Positions 1 through 10,514 of a stretch of DNA of 64,000 bases are shown here, piece after piece. This DNA is from Thermoplasmatota archaeon (GTDB lineage: Archaea > Thermoplasmatota > Thermoplasmata > UBA10834). The notes beneath the pieces are model-generated. The model made no database searches. It saw only the letters and a program-made list of their open reading frames with translations, and was not told the origin of the DNA. A program made the translations under genes and the position numbers. Position 1 is the first letter of the stretch; every line of letters starts with the position of its first letter. The DNA is taken from positions 256,001 through 320,000 of the forward strand of contig JBFMHR010000001.1 of assembly GCA_040751795.1 (NCBI GenBank), given 5' to 3'.

Positions 1-357
1 CGTCAGCGGCAGGACCTCCGCCGAGTTGGCGATTATCGCTGCCTGCTGCGCGAGACCGTCGACATACGTGCCGGGGTACAGGTCCGTCGCGGACACCGTC
101 AGCTCGCTCGGGTCCGCGTATCCGGTCATGTCGAGGACCATTACCTCGATCCGGACGTAGTTGTCTAGCCTCCACTGCGGCGTGTAGACCATGTTGTCCG
201 CGAAGAACACTGCGCAGGGGATGGTCTCTGCTCCGTCGGCGGGCGTCGAAATCATAATCGGCGCGCCCTCGTCCTCCTCGGCCGAGATCACCCATGCACA
301 AGAGGTCAGTACGAACAGCGCGGTCACGGCCATCGCTGATACTCTCTTGTATTCCAT
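1..357 (-). CDS. Secreted/surface hypothetical protein, 3' end beyond window edge
   Basis: Not in ORF track. Open frame from ATG at 357: MEYKRVSAMAVTALFVLTSCAWVISAEEDEG... (signal-peptide-like, then acidic); GGGGAG SD upstream. Confidence 0.7.
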   Translation of the reverse strand, partial: MEYKRVSAMAVTALFVLTSCAWVISAEEDEGAPIMISTPADGAETIPCAVFFADNMVYTPQWRLDNYVRIEVMVLDMTGYADPSELTVSATDLYPGTYVDGLAQQAAIIANSAEVLPLT

Positions 358-577
358 CTGTTGTCTCCCCCAATCCTAGTCGAGACTTCCATAGTGCTGA
401 CTAGTACCCTGGCCGAGCGCTGAACAGGCTTTTTATGGGTCGCATGAAACTGGTTGCACTCGGCGGTTACCGTCGCCGGCCATGCGGGGGCCATCGCCCT
501 GCGCCTGACTTTTCACTGTGAACCGTCGGGGAGGGGCCGGGGGCCGAGCGGCACGGAAGACGGCACTGACCGGGGCG

Positions 578-1606
578 TCACTGCCCCTTCACGAGGTGGC
601 AGGCGACGGAATGCCCCGGCCCGACGAAGACCATCTTCGGCTCCTTGCCCCTGCAATCGGGGACCGCGAGGGGGCACCTCGGGTGGAACCTGCACCCCTT
701 CGGCGGGTCGGTCGGGCTCGGGACCTCCCCCTCTATCCCCTTCCGGTCCTTCCTCATCCTGGGGTCGGGGATGGGGATCGATGCTATGAGGGCCTGCGTG
801 TAGGGGTGCCTCGCGTCCTTTAGGAAGACCTCCGCGGGGGCTAGCTCGACTATCCTGCCGAGGTACATGACGGCGATGCGGTCGCTCATGTGCCCCACGA
901 CCGACAGGTCGTGGGATATGAAGAGGTAGCTCAGGCCGAGCTTCGCCTGCAGCCTCTTGAGGAGGTTGAGGGCCTGCGCCTGAACGCTCACGTCGAGGGC
1001 GGAGGTCGGCTCGTCGAGGACTATGAAGTCCGGGTCGAGGGCGAGGGCCCTCGCGAGGGCGATCCTCTGCCTCTGCCCTCCGCTGAACTCGTGGGGGAGC
1101 CTCGACAGGTGGTCGTGCGACAGGCCGACCTGCTCGATGAGCTCGTGTATCCTCTCCCTCCTCGCGACGTTCGGGTCCCTCGAGCCCTTCGGGGGCCCGT
1201 GGACGGCGAACCCCTCGCCCACTATGCGCTCGACCGTCATCCTCGGGTCGAGGCTCGAGTAGGGGTCCTGGAATACGATCTGCATCTTCTTCCGGATCGA
1301 CCTGAGCTCCGCGGGTGGGAGGGCCCTCACGTCCCTGCCGTTGAACACGATGCGCCCCGCCGTGGGCTCGACGAGCCTGAGCACGGCCCGGCCCACGGTC
1401 GTCTTGCCGCAGCCGCTCTCGCCGACCAGGCCCAGCGTCTCGCCCCTGGTCATGGAGAAGCTGACGCCGTCGACCGCGTGGACGTGGCCCACGACCTTGC
1501 CGAACACCCCCTTCTTCACAGGGAAGTGCTTCACGAGGCCCTGGACGCTGATGAGGGGGGCCTGCGCCCTCGGGGACGGCTCCGCCGCATCGGCCATCTC
1601 AGGCAC
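578..1606 (-). CDS. oppF: Oligopeptide/dipeptide ABC transporter ATP-binding subunit
   Basis: Walker [26 protein letters not shown]-terminal GCRFHPRCP...VACH. Confidence 0.93.
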   Translation of the reverse strand: MPEMADAAEPSPRAQAPLISVQGLVKHFPVKKGVFGKVVGHVHAVDGVSFSMTRGETLGLVGESGCGKTTVGRAVLRLVEPTAGRIVFNGRDVRALPPAELRSIRKKMQIVFQDPYSSLDPRMTVERIVGEGFAVHGPPKGSRDPNVARRERIHELIEQVGLSHDHLSRLPHEFSGGQRQRIALARALALDPDFIVLDEPTSALDVSVQAQALNLLKRLQAKLGLSYLFISHDLSVVGHMSDRIAVMYLGRIVELAPAEVFLKDARHPYTQALIASIPIPDPRMRKDRKGIEGEVPSPTDPPKGCRFHPRCPLAVPDCRGKEPKMVFVGPGHSVACHLVKGQ

Positions 1607-2585
1607 CTCCCCCTGACCATAGGTGGCAGGACACGAAGTGCCCCGGGGAGACCTCGATCCTCGGAGGCCGCTTCTTGGAGCAGACGTCCATCGCCTTCTC
1701 GCACCTGTCCACGAACGGGCACCCGGGGAACGGGTTCATCAGGTTGGGCACCGTGCCCCTGATGACGGGCAGCTCCGGCTTCTTCTCCCCCAGCTTGGGG
1801 AAGGCGAGGAGCAGGCCGGCCGTGTAGGGGTGCTTCGGGTTCTCGAAGAGCTCGAACGTCTCCGCGTCCTCGACGATCCTCCCGGCGTACATGACGCATA
1901 TCCTGTCGCACGTCTCGGCGACGATGCCGAGGTTGTGGGTGATGAGCATCATCGAGCTCCCAGTCGTGGCGACGAGGGCTTTCAGCAGCTTGAGTATCTG
2001 CCCCTGGATGGTGACGTCAAGGGCGGTCGTCGGCTCGTCCGCGATGAGCAGGGAGGGGTGGCACGAGAGCGCGAGGGCGATCATCACCCTCTGCTTCATG
2101 CCCCCGCTGAGCTCGTGGGGGTACATCCTGATGACGTCCTTCGGGGCGGCTATGCGCACGAGCATCAGCGCCTCGATGACCTTCTTCTCGAGGGCGCGCC
2201 TGTCGTATATCCCCTGGTGGAGCGATATGACCTCCCCGAGCTGGTCGCCTATGGTGAACACGGGGTCGAGGGCCGTGGAGGCGTCCTGGAATATCATTGA
2301 TATCTTGGTGCCCCTCACGGAGCGCATCCTGTCCATGTCCAGGGTCGTCAGCTCGTTCCCCTTGTACCTGATGGAGCCGGAGGTGATCCTGCCGGGGTGA
2401 GGGACCAGCCTGAGGATCGAGTACGCGGTCATGCTCTTGCCGCAGCCCGTCTCGCCGACGATGCCCACGGACTCGTTCTCGTATATGGTGAGGTCGATGC
2501 CGTCGAGGGCCGTGACCGTCCCCTCGCGGAGGAAGAACTGGGTCCTCAGGCCCCTGATCTCCAGCACGGGCTTCTTGCCGTTCAT
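1599..2585 (-). CDS. oppD: Oligopeptide/dipeptide ABC transporter ATP-binding subunit
   Basis: C-terminal part of the 616-aa track ORF, starting [13 protein letters not shown]; [26 protein letters not shown]. Confidence 0.93.
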   Translation of the reverse strand: MNGKKPVLEIRGLRTQFFLREGTVTALDGIDLTIYENESVGIVGETGCGKSMTAYSILRLVPHPGRITSGSIRYKGNELTTLDMDRMRSVRGTKISMIFQDASTALDPVFTIGDQLGEVISLHQGIYDRRALEKKVIEALMLVRIAAPKDVIRMYPHELSGGMKQRVMIALALSCHPSLLIADEPTTALDVTIQGQILKLLKALVATTGSSMMLITHNLGIVAETCDRICVMYAGRIVEDAETFELFENPKHPYTAGLLLAFPKLGEKKPELPVIRGTVPNLMNPFPGCPFVDRCEKAMDVCSKKRPPRIEVSPGHFVSCHLWSGGGA

Positions 2586-3490
2586 CTCCTCAGCCCCTTC
2601 ATGCGCGGGTCCATGACGTCCCTGAGGCCGTCCCCGAGCAGGTTGAAGCCCAGTATGGTGAAGACCATGGCTATCCCCGGGAATGTGGAGATCCACCAGG
2701 CGCTGCTGAGGTGGAGGAGGCCGCTCTGCAGCATCCACCCCCAGCTGGGGGTCGGGGGCTTCGTCCCGACCCCGAGGAAGGCCAGGCTGCTCTCTATGGT
2801 TATCGCGTCCGCGACCCCTATCGACGCCCACACGATGAGCGGGGCCAGGCAGTTCGGGAGCACGTGCGTGAACATGATCCTCCAGTTCTTCGCGCCCAGG
2901 GCCCTGCTCGCCTCGACGAACTGCCTCTCCCTCATCGAGAGGGCCTGGCCGCGCATCAGCCTCGCGAACCCGGCCCAGTACGATATGGATATGGCCAGGA
3001 TGACGTTGAAGAGGCCCGCGCCCAGCGCCGCGGCGAAGGCGAGGGCGAGCAGGAACGGCGGGAAGGTCCAGAACAGGTCGACCATGCCCGTTATGATATA
3101 GTCGACCTTGCCCCCGAAGTAGCCAGCGGTCAGGCCGAGCGTGATGCCTATGACCATCGAGACCAGCACCGCGAGGGTGGCGACCATGAGCGAGACCCTG
3201 GCGCCCCATATCACCCTGCTCAGGACGTCCCTCCCGTTCTCGTCGGTGCCGAACAGGTGCTCCGAGGACGGCGGCTGGAACAGGTCGGAGGACATCTCGG
3301 TGGGGTCCGCCAGCGGCAGCACGGGCGCGAGGAGGGCTATGGACACCATGAACCCTATGAAGATGAAGCCGAGGACGACCATCACGTTCCTGCTGCCCCT
3401 GACCACGATGTCGAGCGCGGTCTGCTTGGCCCCCCCTGACACCTTCCATGCGAGGAGGCGGTCGTTCAGCCCCTTCCTCGGCCGGATCAT
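2582..3490 (-). CDS. oppC: Peptide ABC transporter permease
   Basis: HLFGTDENGRDVLSRVIWGAR, EASRALGA, FNLLGDGLRDVMDPR. Confidence 0.93.
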   Translation of the reverse strand: MIRPRKGLNDRLLAWKVSGGAKQTALDIVVRGSRNVMVVLGFIFIGFMVSIALLAPVLPLADPTEMSSDLFQPPSSEHLFGTDENGRDVLSRVIWGARVSLMVATLAVLVSMVIGITLGLTAGYFGGKVDYIITGMVDLFWTFPPFLLALAFAAALGAGLFNVILAISISYWAGFARLMRGQALSMRERQFVEASRALGAKNWRIMFTHVLPNCLAPLIVWASIGVADAITIESSLAFLGVGTKPPTPSWGWMLQSGLLHLSSAWWISTFPGIAMVFTILGFNLLGDGLRDVMDPRMKGLRR

Positions 3491-4434
3491 CCGAGCCTCA
3501 CCCTCGGGTCGACGTATGCGTAAAGGATGTCAGCCATCAGGTTGCCGGCTATCACGAACATGGCGAGGACGAGGATGCAGCCCCGCACGACGGGGAAATC
3601 GATGTTCTGGATCGACTGGGTTATCAGCATCCCGATGCCGGGCCACGAGAATACCGTCTCGACGACGACTGAGCCGGCCACGAACCAGCCTATGTCCAGC
3701 CCTATGACCGTGATCACAGGCAGTATCGCGTTCTTGACCGCGTGCTTGTAGATGATCTCCTTCTCCGGGAGGCCGCGGGAGCGCAGCTGGGTGATGTAGT
3801 CCTGGCGGATCACCTCGAGCATGCTGGACCGCATCATCCTTGTGGTGAGAGCGGCGTTGCCTATCCCCAGCGTCATGGCGGGGAGGATGATGCTCGCGTA
3901 GCCGCCCGTCGTCCCCCCTAACGGGAGCCATCCGAGGTAGACCGCGAAGAGCCACATGAACAGGATGCCGAGCCAGAACGAGGGCATGGCGTACGCGAGG
4001 AGGGTGAAGACCATCACCCCCCTGTCGCCCAGGGAGTTGTGCCTGAGGGCGGAGAAGATCCCCAGAGGGATCCCCATCGAGTAGGATATGCCCAGCCCTA
4101 TGGCCATGAGCTCCAGCGTCCTCGGGAGCCTCTGGGCGATGAGGTCGCCGACCTCGAGGCCCCTGGTGACGAAGCCGACGGAGGTGCCCATGTCGCCGTG
4201 AACGAGCTGCCACAGGAACAGCCAGTACTGGACGTAGACGGGCTCGTTCAGGCCGTACTTGTCCCTGAGCTCGTCAAGCTCCTCCACCGAGGCGTGCGGG
4301 GGGGCGAGGGCGTTGATGGGGTCTCCCGTCATGTAGAGCATCAGGAAGACGATGAGCGTGGCGAGGATTATGACTGGGATTGCGAGCAGGACCTTCCTTA
4401 TGATGTACGAGATGAGGTCAGCCGTTCCGCCCAC
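3487..4434 (-). CDS. oppB: Peptide ABC transporter permease
   Basis: GLNEPVYVQY, MPSFWLG, VVVETVFSWPGIG, DILYAYVDPR. Confidence 0.93.
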   Translation of the reverse strand: MGGTADLISYIIRKVLLAIPVIILATLIVFLMLYMTGDPINALAPPHASVEELDELRDKYGLNEPVYVQYWLFLWQLVHGDMGTSVGFVTRGLEVGDLIAQRLPRTLELMAIGLGISYSMGIPLGIFSALRHNSLGDRGVMVFTLLAYAMPSFWLGILFMWLFAVYLGWLPLGGTTGGYASIILPAMTLGIGNAALTTRMMRSSMLEVIRQDYITQLRSRGLPEKEIIYKHAVKNAILPVITVIGLDIGWFVAGSVVVETVFSWPGIGMLITQSIQNIDFPVVRGCILVLAMFVIAGNLMADILYAYVDPRVRLG

Positions 4435-4549
4435 CCCTCTCCATTCCGTGCAGAGCCATGCGCACCGATTCCCTTGCCCTTCCCCACCTGAGCCCCGATG
4501 CGGGTCTATATGAAATACGCTAAAGGGTTTTTGAGGGTTTTGCGTTACA

Positions 4550-6277
4550 TCACTTGTCGATGTCGACGTCCACTATGTTGATGACCTGCTCCTGCCCGAG
4601 CGGGTTCACCGCCCAGCCAGGCTCTCCCTGGAAGGTCACGTAGTCGTGGACCGCGAAGATCTGGTGCCAGTAGATCAGCGTGCACCATGCGCCCTGGTCC
4701 TGCAGCCTTATCAGCGCAGCGGTCGCGTTGTCCGAGAACTCCTCCTCGGTCTCCGCGTAGGTCCAGTTGGTCACATAGTCGTCGAACACCGTGTCCATGT
4801 ACCAGCCGGTGTTGGACCCTCCGGCGGCCCATGTCCCGAAGTGCCAATCGAGGATCTCCGCCCTCGGCCACGAGTACCAGAACAGGATGGCCTCCTGGTT
4901 GCCCTCCGACGCCTCGTCCCTCAGCTGGGTCTCTGCGTAGGGGGTCAGCGTGACGTGCACGCCTATGTCCTCGAACTGGTCCTGGACGATCTCGCCCATC
5001 TGGATGTCCTCGCCCTTGTTCGTGGTCCAGAGCTCCAGTGACAGCTCGCCGGTGCTGTTCTCCAGCCACCCGTCGTCGTCGGTGTCGGTGAATCCTGCGA
5101 GCTCGAACAGCTCAAGGGCCCTGTCGACGTCGTAGGTGTAGTTGTACTCGGCCGGGACGTTCTGCGACTCGGGGGTCCACGGGGCGAGGCAGTTGACGCC
5201 CTCCTCGCCGATGCCGTGCCATACGGTGTCGAGGATGTACTCCCTGTCGACCGCGTAGCAGAACGCCTTCCTCAGGTTCGGGTCGTCCCATGGGTCCTTC
5301 TGGCAGTTGAACTCCACGTGGTACGTGCCCTGTCCCCGCTCCGTTATGACGGACACCCCGTCCTCGTCCTGGTACTCCGCGACCTTGCTCGGCGGCACCT
5401 GCTGGAGGACATCGATGTCGCCGCTCTCGAAGCCGGCGAACCTCGTGTTCTGGTCCGCGATGATCCTGTAGATGATCTTATCGATCTTCGCGGGCCCCTT
5501 GTTCTCGTACCACGAGAATCCCCAGGTGTAGTTCGGGTTCTTGACCAGCGTTATGTGGTCTCCGGGAACCCACTCGTCGAGCATGTACGGGCCAGTGCCG
5601 ATCACGGTGCCCGTGGCGGTCCCGTAGGTGTCGTAGCCCTCGTCGAGCGCGTCAGGCCATATCATGGACCCGTACAGGTGCGACAGGTTGAACTCCAGGG
5701 CGACGTCCGCCCAGGTCAGGTTCAGGACCATGTTGTAGTCGTCCTTGCACCAGATCCCCGCGTCCGGCCAGCCGGTCTTGTTCTGGCAGCCGTAGACCGC
5801 CCAGAACTCGTACTGCACCCAGCTGTCGTCCTGCGCGTAGTAGTTGATGATGTTCCTGACGGCCTCGGTGTTGAAGGGCGTCCCGTCGTGGAACGTCACG
5901 CCCTGCCTCAGCTCCAGCTCGAAGTACGGGTGGTCGGGGTCGTCCCTGTTCAGCTCCCAGTCCACCGCGAGCCCGTCCGCGTAGTCGCCGTTGAGGTCCC
6001 TCGTGATGAGGGTCTCGTAGATCAGGCCCGGTGGGCCGTACATGGCGCTCGTCTTGGCCGGGTCCATCGCCTGGACGTCCGAGCTCATCGCGATCACGAG
6101 CACCTTCTCGCCTTCCTCTCCGCCGCCTATCAGCCCGAAGGCCCAGGCCCCGGCGACCGCGGCCACGATCAACACGACCACGATCACCACGGCCAACATC
6201 ATCCTGCTCTTAGGACGCGCCGGCGCGGAGGCGGGCTTCGAGATCTCTTCTTGGCTCTCGCTTTCAGAACTTCCCAA
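4550..6277 (-). CDS. oppA: Peptide ABC transporter substrate-binding protein with N-terminal membrane anchor
   Basis: LRQGVTFHDGTPF, GTGPY, N-terminal hydrophobic helix; TTG start with GGAGG SD. Confidence 0.9.
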   Translation of the reverse strand: MGSSESESQEEISKPASAPARPKSRMMLAVVIVVVLIVAAVAGAWAFGLIGGGEEGEKVLVIAMSSDVQAMDPAKTSAMYGPPGLIYETLITRDLNGDYADGLAVDWELNRDDPDHPYFELELRQGVTFHDGTPFNTEAVRNIINYYAQDDSWVQYEFWAVYGCQNKTGWPDAGIWCKDDYNMVLNLTWADVALEFNLSHLYGSMIWPDALDEGYDTYGTATGTVIGTGPYMLDEWVPGDHITLVKNPNYTWGFSWYENKGPAKIDKIIYRIIADQNTRFAGFESGDIDVLQQVPPSKVAEYQDEDGVSVITERGQGTYHVEFNCQKDPWDDPNLRKAFCYAVDREYILDTVWHGIGEEGVNCLAPWTPESQNVPAEYNYTYDVDRALELFELAGFTDTDDDGWLENSTGELSLELWTTNKGEDIQMGEIVQDQFEDIGVHVTLTPYAETQLRDEASEGNQEAILFWYSWPRAEILDWHFGTWAAGGSNTGWYMDTVFDDYVTNWTYAETEEEFSDNATAALIRLQDQGAWCTLIYWHQIFAVHDYVTFQGEPGWAVNPLGQEQVINIVDVDIDK

Positions 6278-6395
6278 CTAACATTCCTCCTAGTCTCACA
6301 CTATGTGCGACCTCCGCACAGCCCGGGGCCCGATGAAAAACACACGGAAAACCGGGATGCTTCGGTCCCTCTTACCCCGTACCAAAAATACCTTG

Positions 6396-6411
6396 TCTGT
6401 ATATATAACAA
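6396..6411 (-). promoter_or_regulatory. Probable TATA box of the opp operon
   Basis: Minus-strand TTATATATA in GC-rich DNA, ~125 nt upstream of the oppA start. Confidence 0.55.
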
Positions 6412-6517
6412 TGTCATCCGCCGAGAGCGCGACAACCGCCGCGCCCCTCAGCGAGCCAGTAGGCCCCTGCTCCACAGAGTAGTACGTTCATGCACATATG
6501 CTTCGCGCGGCCAGCCC

Positions 6518-7090
6518 TCACCTGCGCCGGGGCCGTCTCCCGCTCGCGGGGAGTTCCAGCCTGAGCAGGACCTCGTCGATGTACTCGGCGCCCTCCTTGG
6601 CAGAGCGGGGTATCCTCGCGTACTCCCTGAAGCCGACCTTCCTGTACAGCGACAGGGCCCGGTCGTTGTAGTCGAACGCCGAGAGGTCCACCGACTCGAT
6701 GCCGCGCATGCGCCTGGCGGCCAGTTCGAGGGTCCTGCGCATCAGGGCCTCGCCTATGCCCTTCCCCCTCGCCTCCCTGACGAGCCCGATCCCGAGCATC
6801 GCCCTGTGGGCGTGCTTCCAGGGCATCCTTCCCACGTCGCAGTTGCCCAGGACCTTCCCGTCGCGCTCGACCGTCAGCATCACCACCTTCCTGGCGCGCA
6901 CATCCGCGATCCGACCCTTCAGCCAGGCCTCCTCCTCCTTGAGCGTGACGCGCTTGTTGATCAGCAGCCCGGACATCGGCTCCCCGACGAACGAGTTGAT
7001 GAACTGCATGTACCTCCTCGCGTCGCCGGGGACCGGCTCCCTGAAGACGTACTCCTCCCCGTCCGGGGCCACGTGCAGGTACCTGACCAT
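6518..7090 (-). CDS. GNAT family N-acetyltransferase
   Basis: Start MVRYLHVAPDG; acetyl-CoA motif ARGKGIGEALM and NDRALSLYRKVGF. Confidence 0.85.
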   Translation of the reverse strand: MVRYLHVAPDGEEYVFREPVPGDARRYMQFINSFVGEPMSGLLINKRVTLKEEEAWLKGRIADVRARKVVMLTVERDGKVLGNCDVGRMPWKHAHRAMLGIGLVREARGKGIGEALMRRTLELAARRMRGIESVDLSAFDYNDRALSLYRKVGFREYARIPRSAKEGAEYIDEVLLRLELPASGRRPRRR

Positions 7091-7187
7091 CGTCCGTCCG
7101 AACGGGATACGTGGAGAAATAGTTGGCGAGCGGGGGGTGGTCGGGCAACAATTAATAGCCGCCACCCGGCTCAGGCTGAGGAGCACG

Positions 7188-7832
7188 ATGCGCCTAGAGG
7201 TCGACCTGCACATCCATTCCCTGCACTCCCCGGACTCCATGTCGAGGCCCGGGAGGATCGTGGGCAGGGCGCGCGAGCTCGGCCTGGCGGCGATAGCGGT
7301 GACGGACCACGGCAGCTGGGACGGGTGGAGGGAGGCCAACGCGGCGTCCGGTGGGGACCCGATCGTGGTCCCCGGTGCCGAGCTGAAGACCTCCAAGGGG
7401 GACCTCCTGGCGCTGTTCGTCGAGGAGCCCGTGCCCGCGACCGACTGGGCGGAGGCGATAGACATGGTCCGCGCCCGCGGCGGGGTCGCGGTCGTCCCCC
7501 ACCCCGCGGAGTCCAGGAGGCTCACCAAGGAGGACATCGCCATGGCCGACGCCCTCGAGGCGTTCAACGCGAAGTGCGGGAGGCGCAGCAACGGGAGGGC
7601 GGCGGCGCTGGCGCGGGAGCTCGGCCTCCCCGGGCTCGCCTCCTCCGACGCCCACATGGTCGCCGCGGTCGGCAACGGCAGGACATCGGTGCCGGAGTTC
7701 CATTCCACGGAGGAGCTGAGGAGGGTGCTCCTGAAGGACCCGGTCATATCGAGGGCGGAGACGACCAACCCGATACTCCACTACGGGAACGCGTCCCTCT
7801 GCTTCGGGCTCAAGGGCGTCTGGAAGAGGTGA
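7188..7832 (+). CDS. PHP-domain metal-dependent phosphoesterase
   Basis: DLHIHSLHSPDS, AVTDH, PHP, SSDAH motifs. Confidence 0.88.
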   Translation: MRLEVDLHIHSLHSPDSMSRPGRIVGRARELGLAAIAVTDHGSWDGWREANAASGGDPIVVPGAELKTSKGDLLALFVEEPVPATDWAEAIDMVRARGGVAVVPHPAESRRLTKEDIAMADALEAFNAKCGRRSNGRAAALARELGLPGLASSDAHMVAAVGNGRTSVPEFHSTEELRRVLLKDPVISRAETTNPILHYGNASLCFGLKGVWKR

Positions 7833-7835
7833 CGG

Positions 7836-8885
7836 CTACCTCGAAGGCCCCTTGGGCCTGCTCAGCTCGGAGAGGTACTGCTCTATCCTCGTGACGCGCT
7901 GGCCGAGGCGCCCCATGTTCTCCCGGACGTCCGCGACAGCCAGGACGACCTCCTTGGAGACGTCGGGCCTGTCCCTGACCCTGGAGACCGACTCCTCGAT
8001 GCCCCTGAGGCGCGCCTCCAGGTCCACTGGCACCTCGCCGGACTGGACCTTGGCGATCCTCTCCTGCAGCTCCGTGAAGCTCTTGTCCATCTTCCTGTCG
8101 GACGAGGAGAGCACCACGGCGAGGCCCTTGCCGACCTTGTCGTCCAGGCTCTTCCCGAACTCGGCCAGGGCCTTGTTTATCGACTGCTCCAGGGCCTCCA
8201 GCCTCTGGTCCTGGGACTCGACCCGCTTTATGACGTCGGAGAGGTCCCCGAGCTCGAGGCACATCTTCTCCAGGAGCGCCTTCTCCTTCTGGTCGATGTT
8301 GACCTCGACCGGGGCGGTGGGGTAGTTCCTCAGCGCGTCGACCATGCCCAGCATGTCGATCTCGGGGCCGGAGTCGGCTATCGCGTCCTTTATCGGCTTG
8401 AGCTTCTCGAGCTGGAGCTCCGCCATCTTCACGACGCTCCTGTTGCCCTTCCCCATGCCCGTGAGCTCCTCGAGTATCTTCTCGAGCTGCACGACCGCCT
8501 TGGCCATGCTTGAGTCCTCGAGCGAGCGTATGTCCCTGACCGCGTCCTTCTTCCCCTTCGCTATCGCGTCGGCGACCGTCGGGCCCTCGTGGGCGTAGAC
8601 CGTCACGAGGTGCGACACCCCCGACATGACCGCGCCCTCTACGAAGGCCCAGTCCTTCTCCTGAACGGTTATGGTCTGCCTGTCCGCGCGCTCGAAGAGC
8701 ATCACGAAGGACTGGTTGGGCATGAGGCAGACCTGTATGCTGTAGGGGGCGTTGCGCGCGAGCGGGGGCACGTGCTCGGGCTTCTCTCGCTCGACCGCGT
8801 TCGCGTACGCGCCCATGTAGGCGCCGGCGTAGTTCTCCAAGGCCTTCTTCGAGGGGAGGTGGGCCTTCGCTGAGGTGTCTTCCAT
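7836..8885 (-). CDS. Hypothetical protein with long C-terminal coiled coil
   Basis: Genome-typical codon usage; heptad-like stretches (LEALEQSINKALAEF, LEARLRGIEESV). Confidence 0.75.
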   Translation of the reverse strand: MEDTSAKAHLPSKKALENYAGAYMGAYANAVEREKPEHVPPLARNAPYSIQVCLMPNQSFVMLFERADRQTITVQEKDWAFVEGAVMSGVSHLVTVYAHEGPTVADAIAKGKKDAVRDIRSLEDSSMAKAVVQLEKILEELTGMGKGNRSVVKMAELQLEKLKPIKDAIADSGPEIDMLGMVDALRNYPTAPVEVNIDQKEKALLEKMCLELGDLSDVIKRVESQDQRLEALEQSINKALAEFGKSLDDKVGKGLAVVLSSSDRKMDKSFTELQERIAKVQSGEVPVDLEARLRGIEESVSRVRDRPDVSKEVVLAVADVRENMGRLGQRVTRIEQYLSELSRPKGPSR

Positions 8886-8970
8886 CCGGCTCGCCCAGGT
8901 GATGTTGGTCGCCGATATTAGCCTTTTTCATCCCGCTAGCGGGAGGCGGCGCCGTCTTTTATCTCGGAAT

Positions 8971-8987
8971 CGGAAAATATTATGTAC
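8971..8987 (+). promoter_or_regulatory. BRE/TATA promoter of the GTPase-led run
   Basis: CGGAAAATATTATGTAC in the divergent intergenic region. Confidence 0.55.
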
Positions 8988-9064
8988 GCAGGGGTTAATC
9001 GGCCCTATCACGGCTGGGCGGGGCAGGCCGCCCGCTCTGGCCGGGTCAGTCAGCTGGTGGTCGT

Positions 9065-9880
9065 CTGAGCATAATCCAGTCAAAGAGGTACATCAAGAAG
9101 ATATCCCTCGTCGGGGACTCCGGCGTGGGCAAGACATCCCTCATCAGGAGGTTCGTGATAGACGTCTTCGACGACAAGTACGTCCAGACCGTCGGGACCA
9201 AGGTCAGCAAGAGGGACGTCGAGTACGAGCTGCCGGACAAGACGGTCTACCTCACCCTCATGGTCTGGGACATCCTGGGCCAGAAGGACTACAGGAAGAT
9301 GAGGGCCCAGGGGATGAGCGGCTCCCACGGCGTCGTGCTCGTCGGGGACCTCACCAGGCCCGAAACAGTCAAGGCGATAGAGGACTTCTGGCTCTCCGAC
9401 GTCGTAGACATACTGGGGACCGTGCCCATAGTGTTCGTGGGCAACAAGGTCGACCTCGTCGACAGGGACTGCGCGGCGGCCCGGCACATCGCGGAGATAG
9501 GCAGGAAGGCCGAGATGCCCGTGATGATGTGCAGCGCCAAGACACGCGAGAACGTGGAGGAGCTGTTCCGGCGGATAGGGGAGATGATGATCTCCGGCGA
9601 CTTCGTCGAGAAGAAGCCCGTCTTCGAGGGCGGCTCCCTCGCGCAGGCGGTGGACGAGATCGTGAGCGACTTCTGCGAGCAGTACGGCGACACGGCCAGG
9701 GCCATGGAGCTCGTCGAGCGCGAGTTCGGGAGGGCCAAGGTCAACATAGGCAAGCCGACGAAGGACAGCCTCCTGATGGCCATCGAGTACCTCTCCGACG
9801 TCGAGAGGGACGTCCACGGGAGGGACGTCTCCGAGGTCAACAAACTCAGGCGCTGGAAGATGATCGACGAGGCGAGGTAG
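9065..9880 (+). CDS. Ras/Rab-like small GTPase with C-terminal helical extension (probable CTG start)
   Basis: G1 KISLVGDSGVGKTS, G2 TVG, G3 WDILGQ, G4 GNKVDL, G5 CSAKT; the track start 9125 lies inside the P-loop. Confidence 0.88.
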   Translation: MSIIQSKRYIKKISLVGDSGVGKTSLIRRFVIDVFDDKYVQTVGTKVSKRDVEYELPDKTVYLTLMVWDILGQKDYRKMRAQGMSGSHGVVLVGDLTRPETVKAIEDFWLSDVVDILGTVPIVFVGNKVDLVDRDCAAARHIAEIGRKAEMPVMMCSAKTRENVEELFRRIGEMMISGDFVEKKPVFEGGSLAQAVDEIVSDFCEQYGDTARAMELVEREFGRAKVNIGKPTKDSLLMAIEYLSDVERDVHGRDVSEVNKLRRWKMIDEAR

Positions 9881-9893
9881 GCCCGGGCGGTGC

Positions 9894-10514
9894 GTGACCC
9901 CATTGGCCCAGGCGCAGATGAGGAGGAAGAGGCTGGAGATCGCCCTCCAGAAGCTCAGGCCCCTCGAGGAGAGGTCGGCGAGGCTGGAGCAGTACCACAC
10001 CCCGGCGCACATCGCCGCCGACGTCCTGTGGGAGGCCTTCGGGCGCGGGGACGTCCACGGGAGGGCCGTGGCCGACCTCGGCTGCGGGAACGGCGTGTTC
10101 TGCATAGGCGCGAAGCTCATGGGGGCCGACAGGGCCGTGGGCATAGACGTGGACCCGAAGGCGGTGAGGGTCGCCGCGGCGAACGCAGCCGACCTCGGGG
10201 TCGAGGTGGAGCTCTTGGAGGGGGACGTGTCCTCCCTCGCGGGGCCGTTCGACACCGTACTGCAGAACCCCCCCTTCGGGGCGCAGACCCGCCACGCGGA
10301 CCGGGCGTTCATAGAGAAGGCCCTGTCCCTCGCCCCGGTGGCCTATTCCCTTCACAACGACGGCACCCAGGGGTTCGTGGAGGGCATGGTCAGGGCCCTC
10401 GGCGGGCGGTCGGAGGCCGTGAAAAGGTATAAATTCGAGATTCCATATGCGTTCGAGTTCCACAGAAAGGCTAACGAGACCATTTCAGTCGTTCTGTTAA
10501 GGCTTGAGAGATAG
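9894..10514 (+). CDS. METTL5-family N6-adenine RNA methyltransferase
   Basis: LEQYHTP, DLGCGNG, NPPFG, FEFH. Confidence 0.88.
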   Translation: MTPLAQAQMRRKRLEIALQKLRPLEERSARLEQYHTPAHIAADVLWEAFGRGDVHGRAVADLGCGNGVFCIGAKLMGADRAVGIDVDPKAVRVAAANAADLGVEVELLEGDVSSLAGPFDTVLQNPPFGAQTRHADRAFIEKALSLAPVAYSLHNDGTQGFVEGMVRALGGRSEAVKRYKFEIPYAFEFHRKANETISVVLLRLER

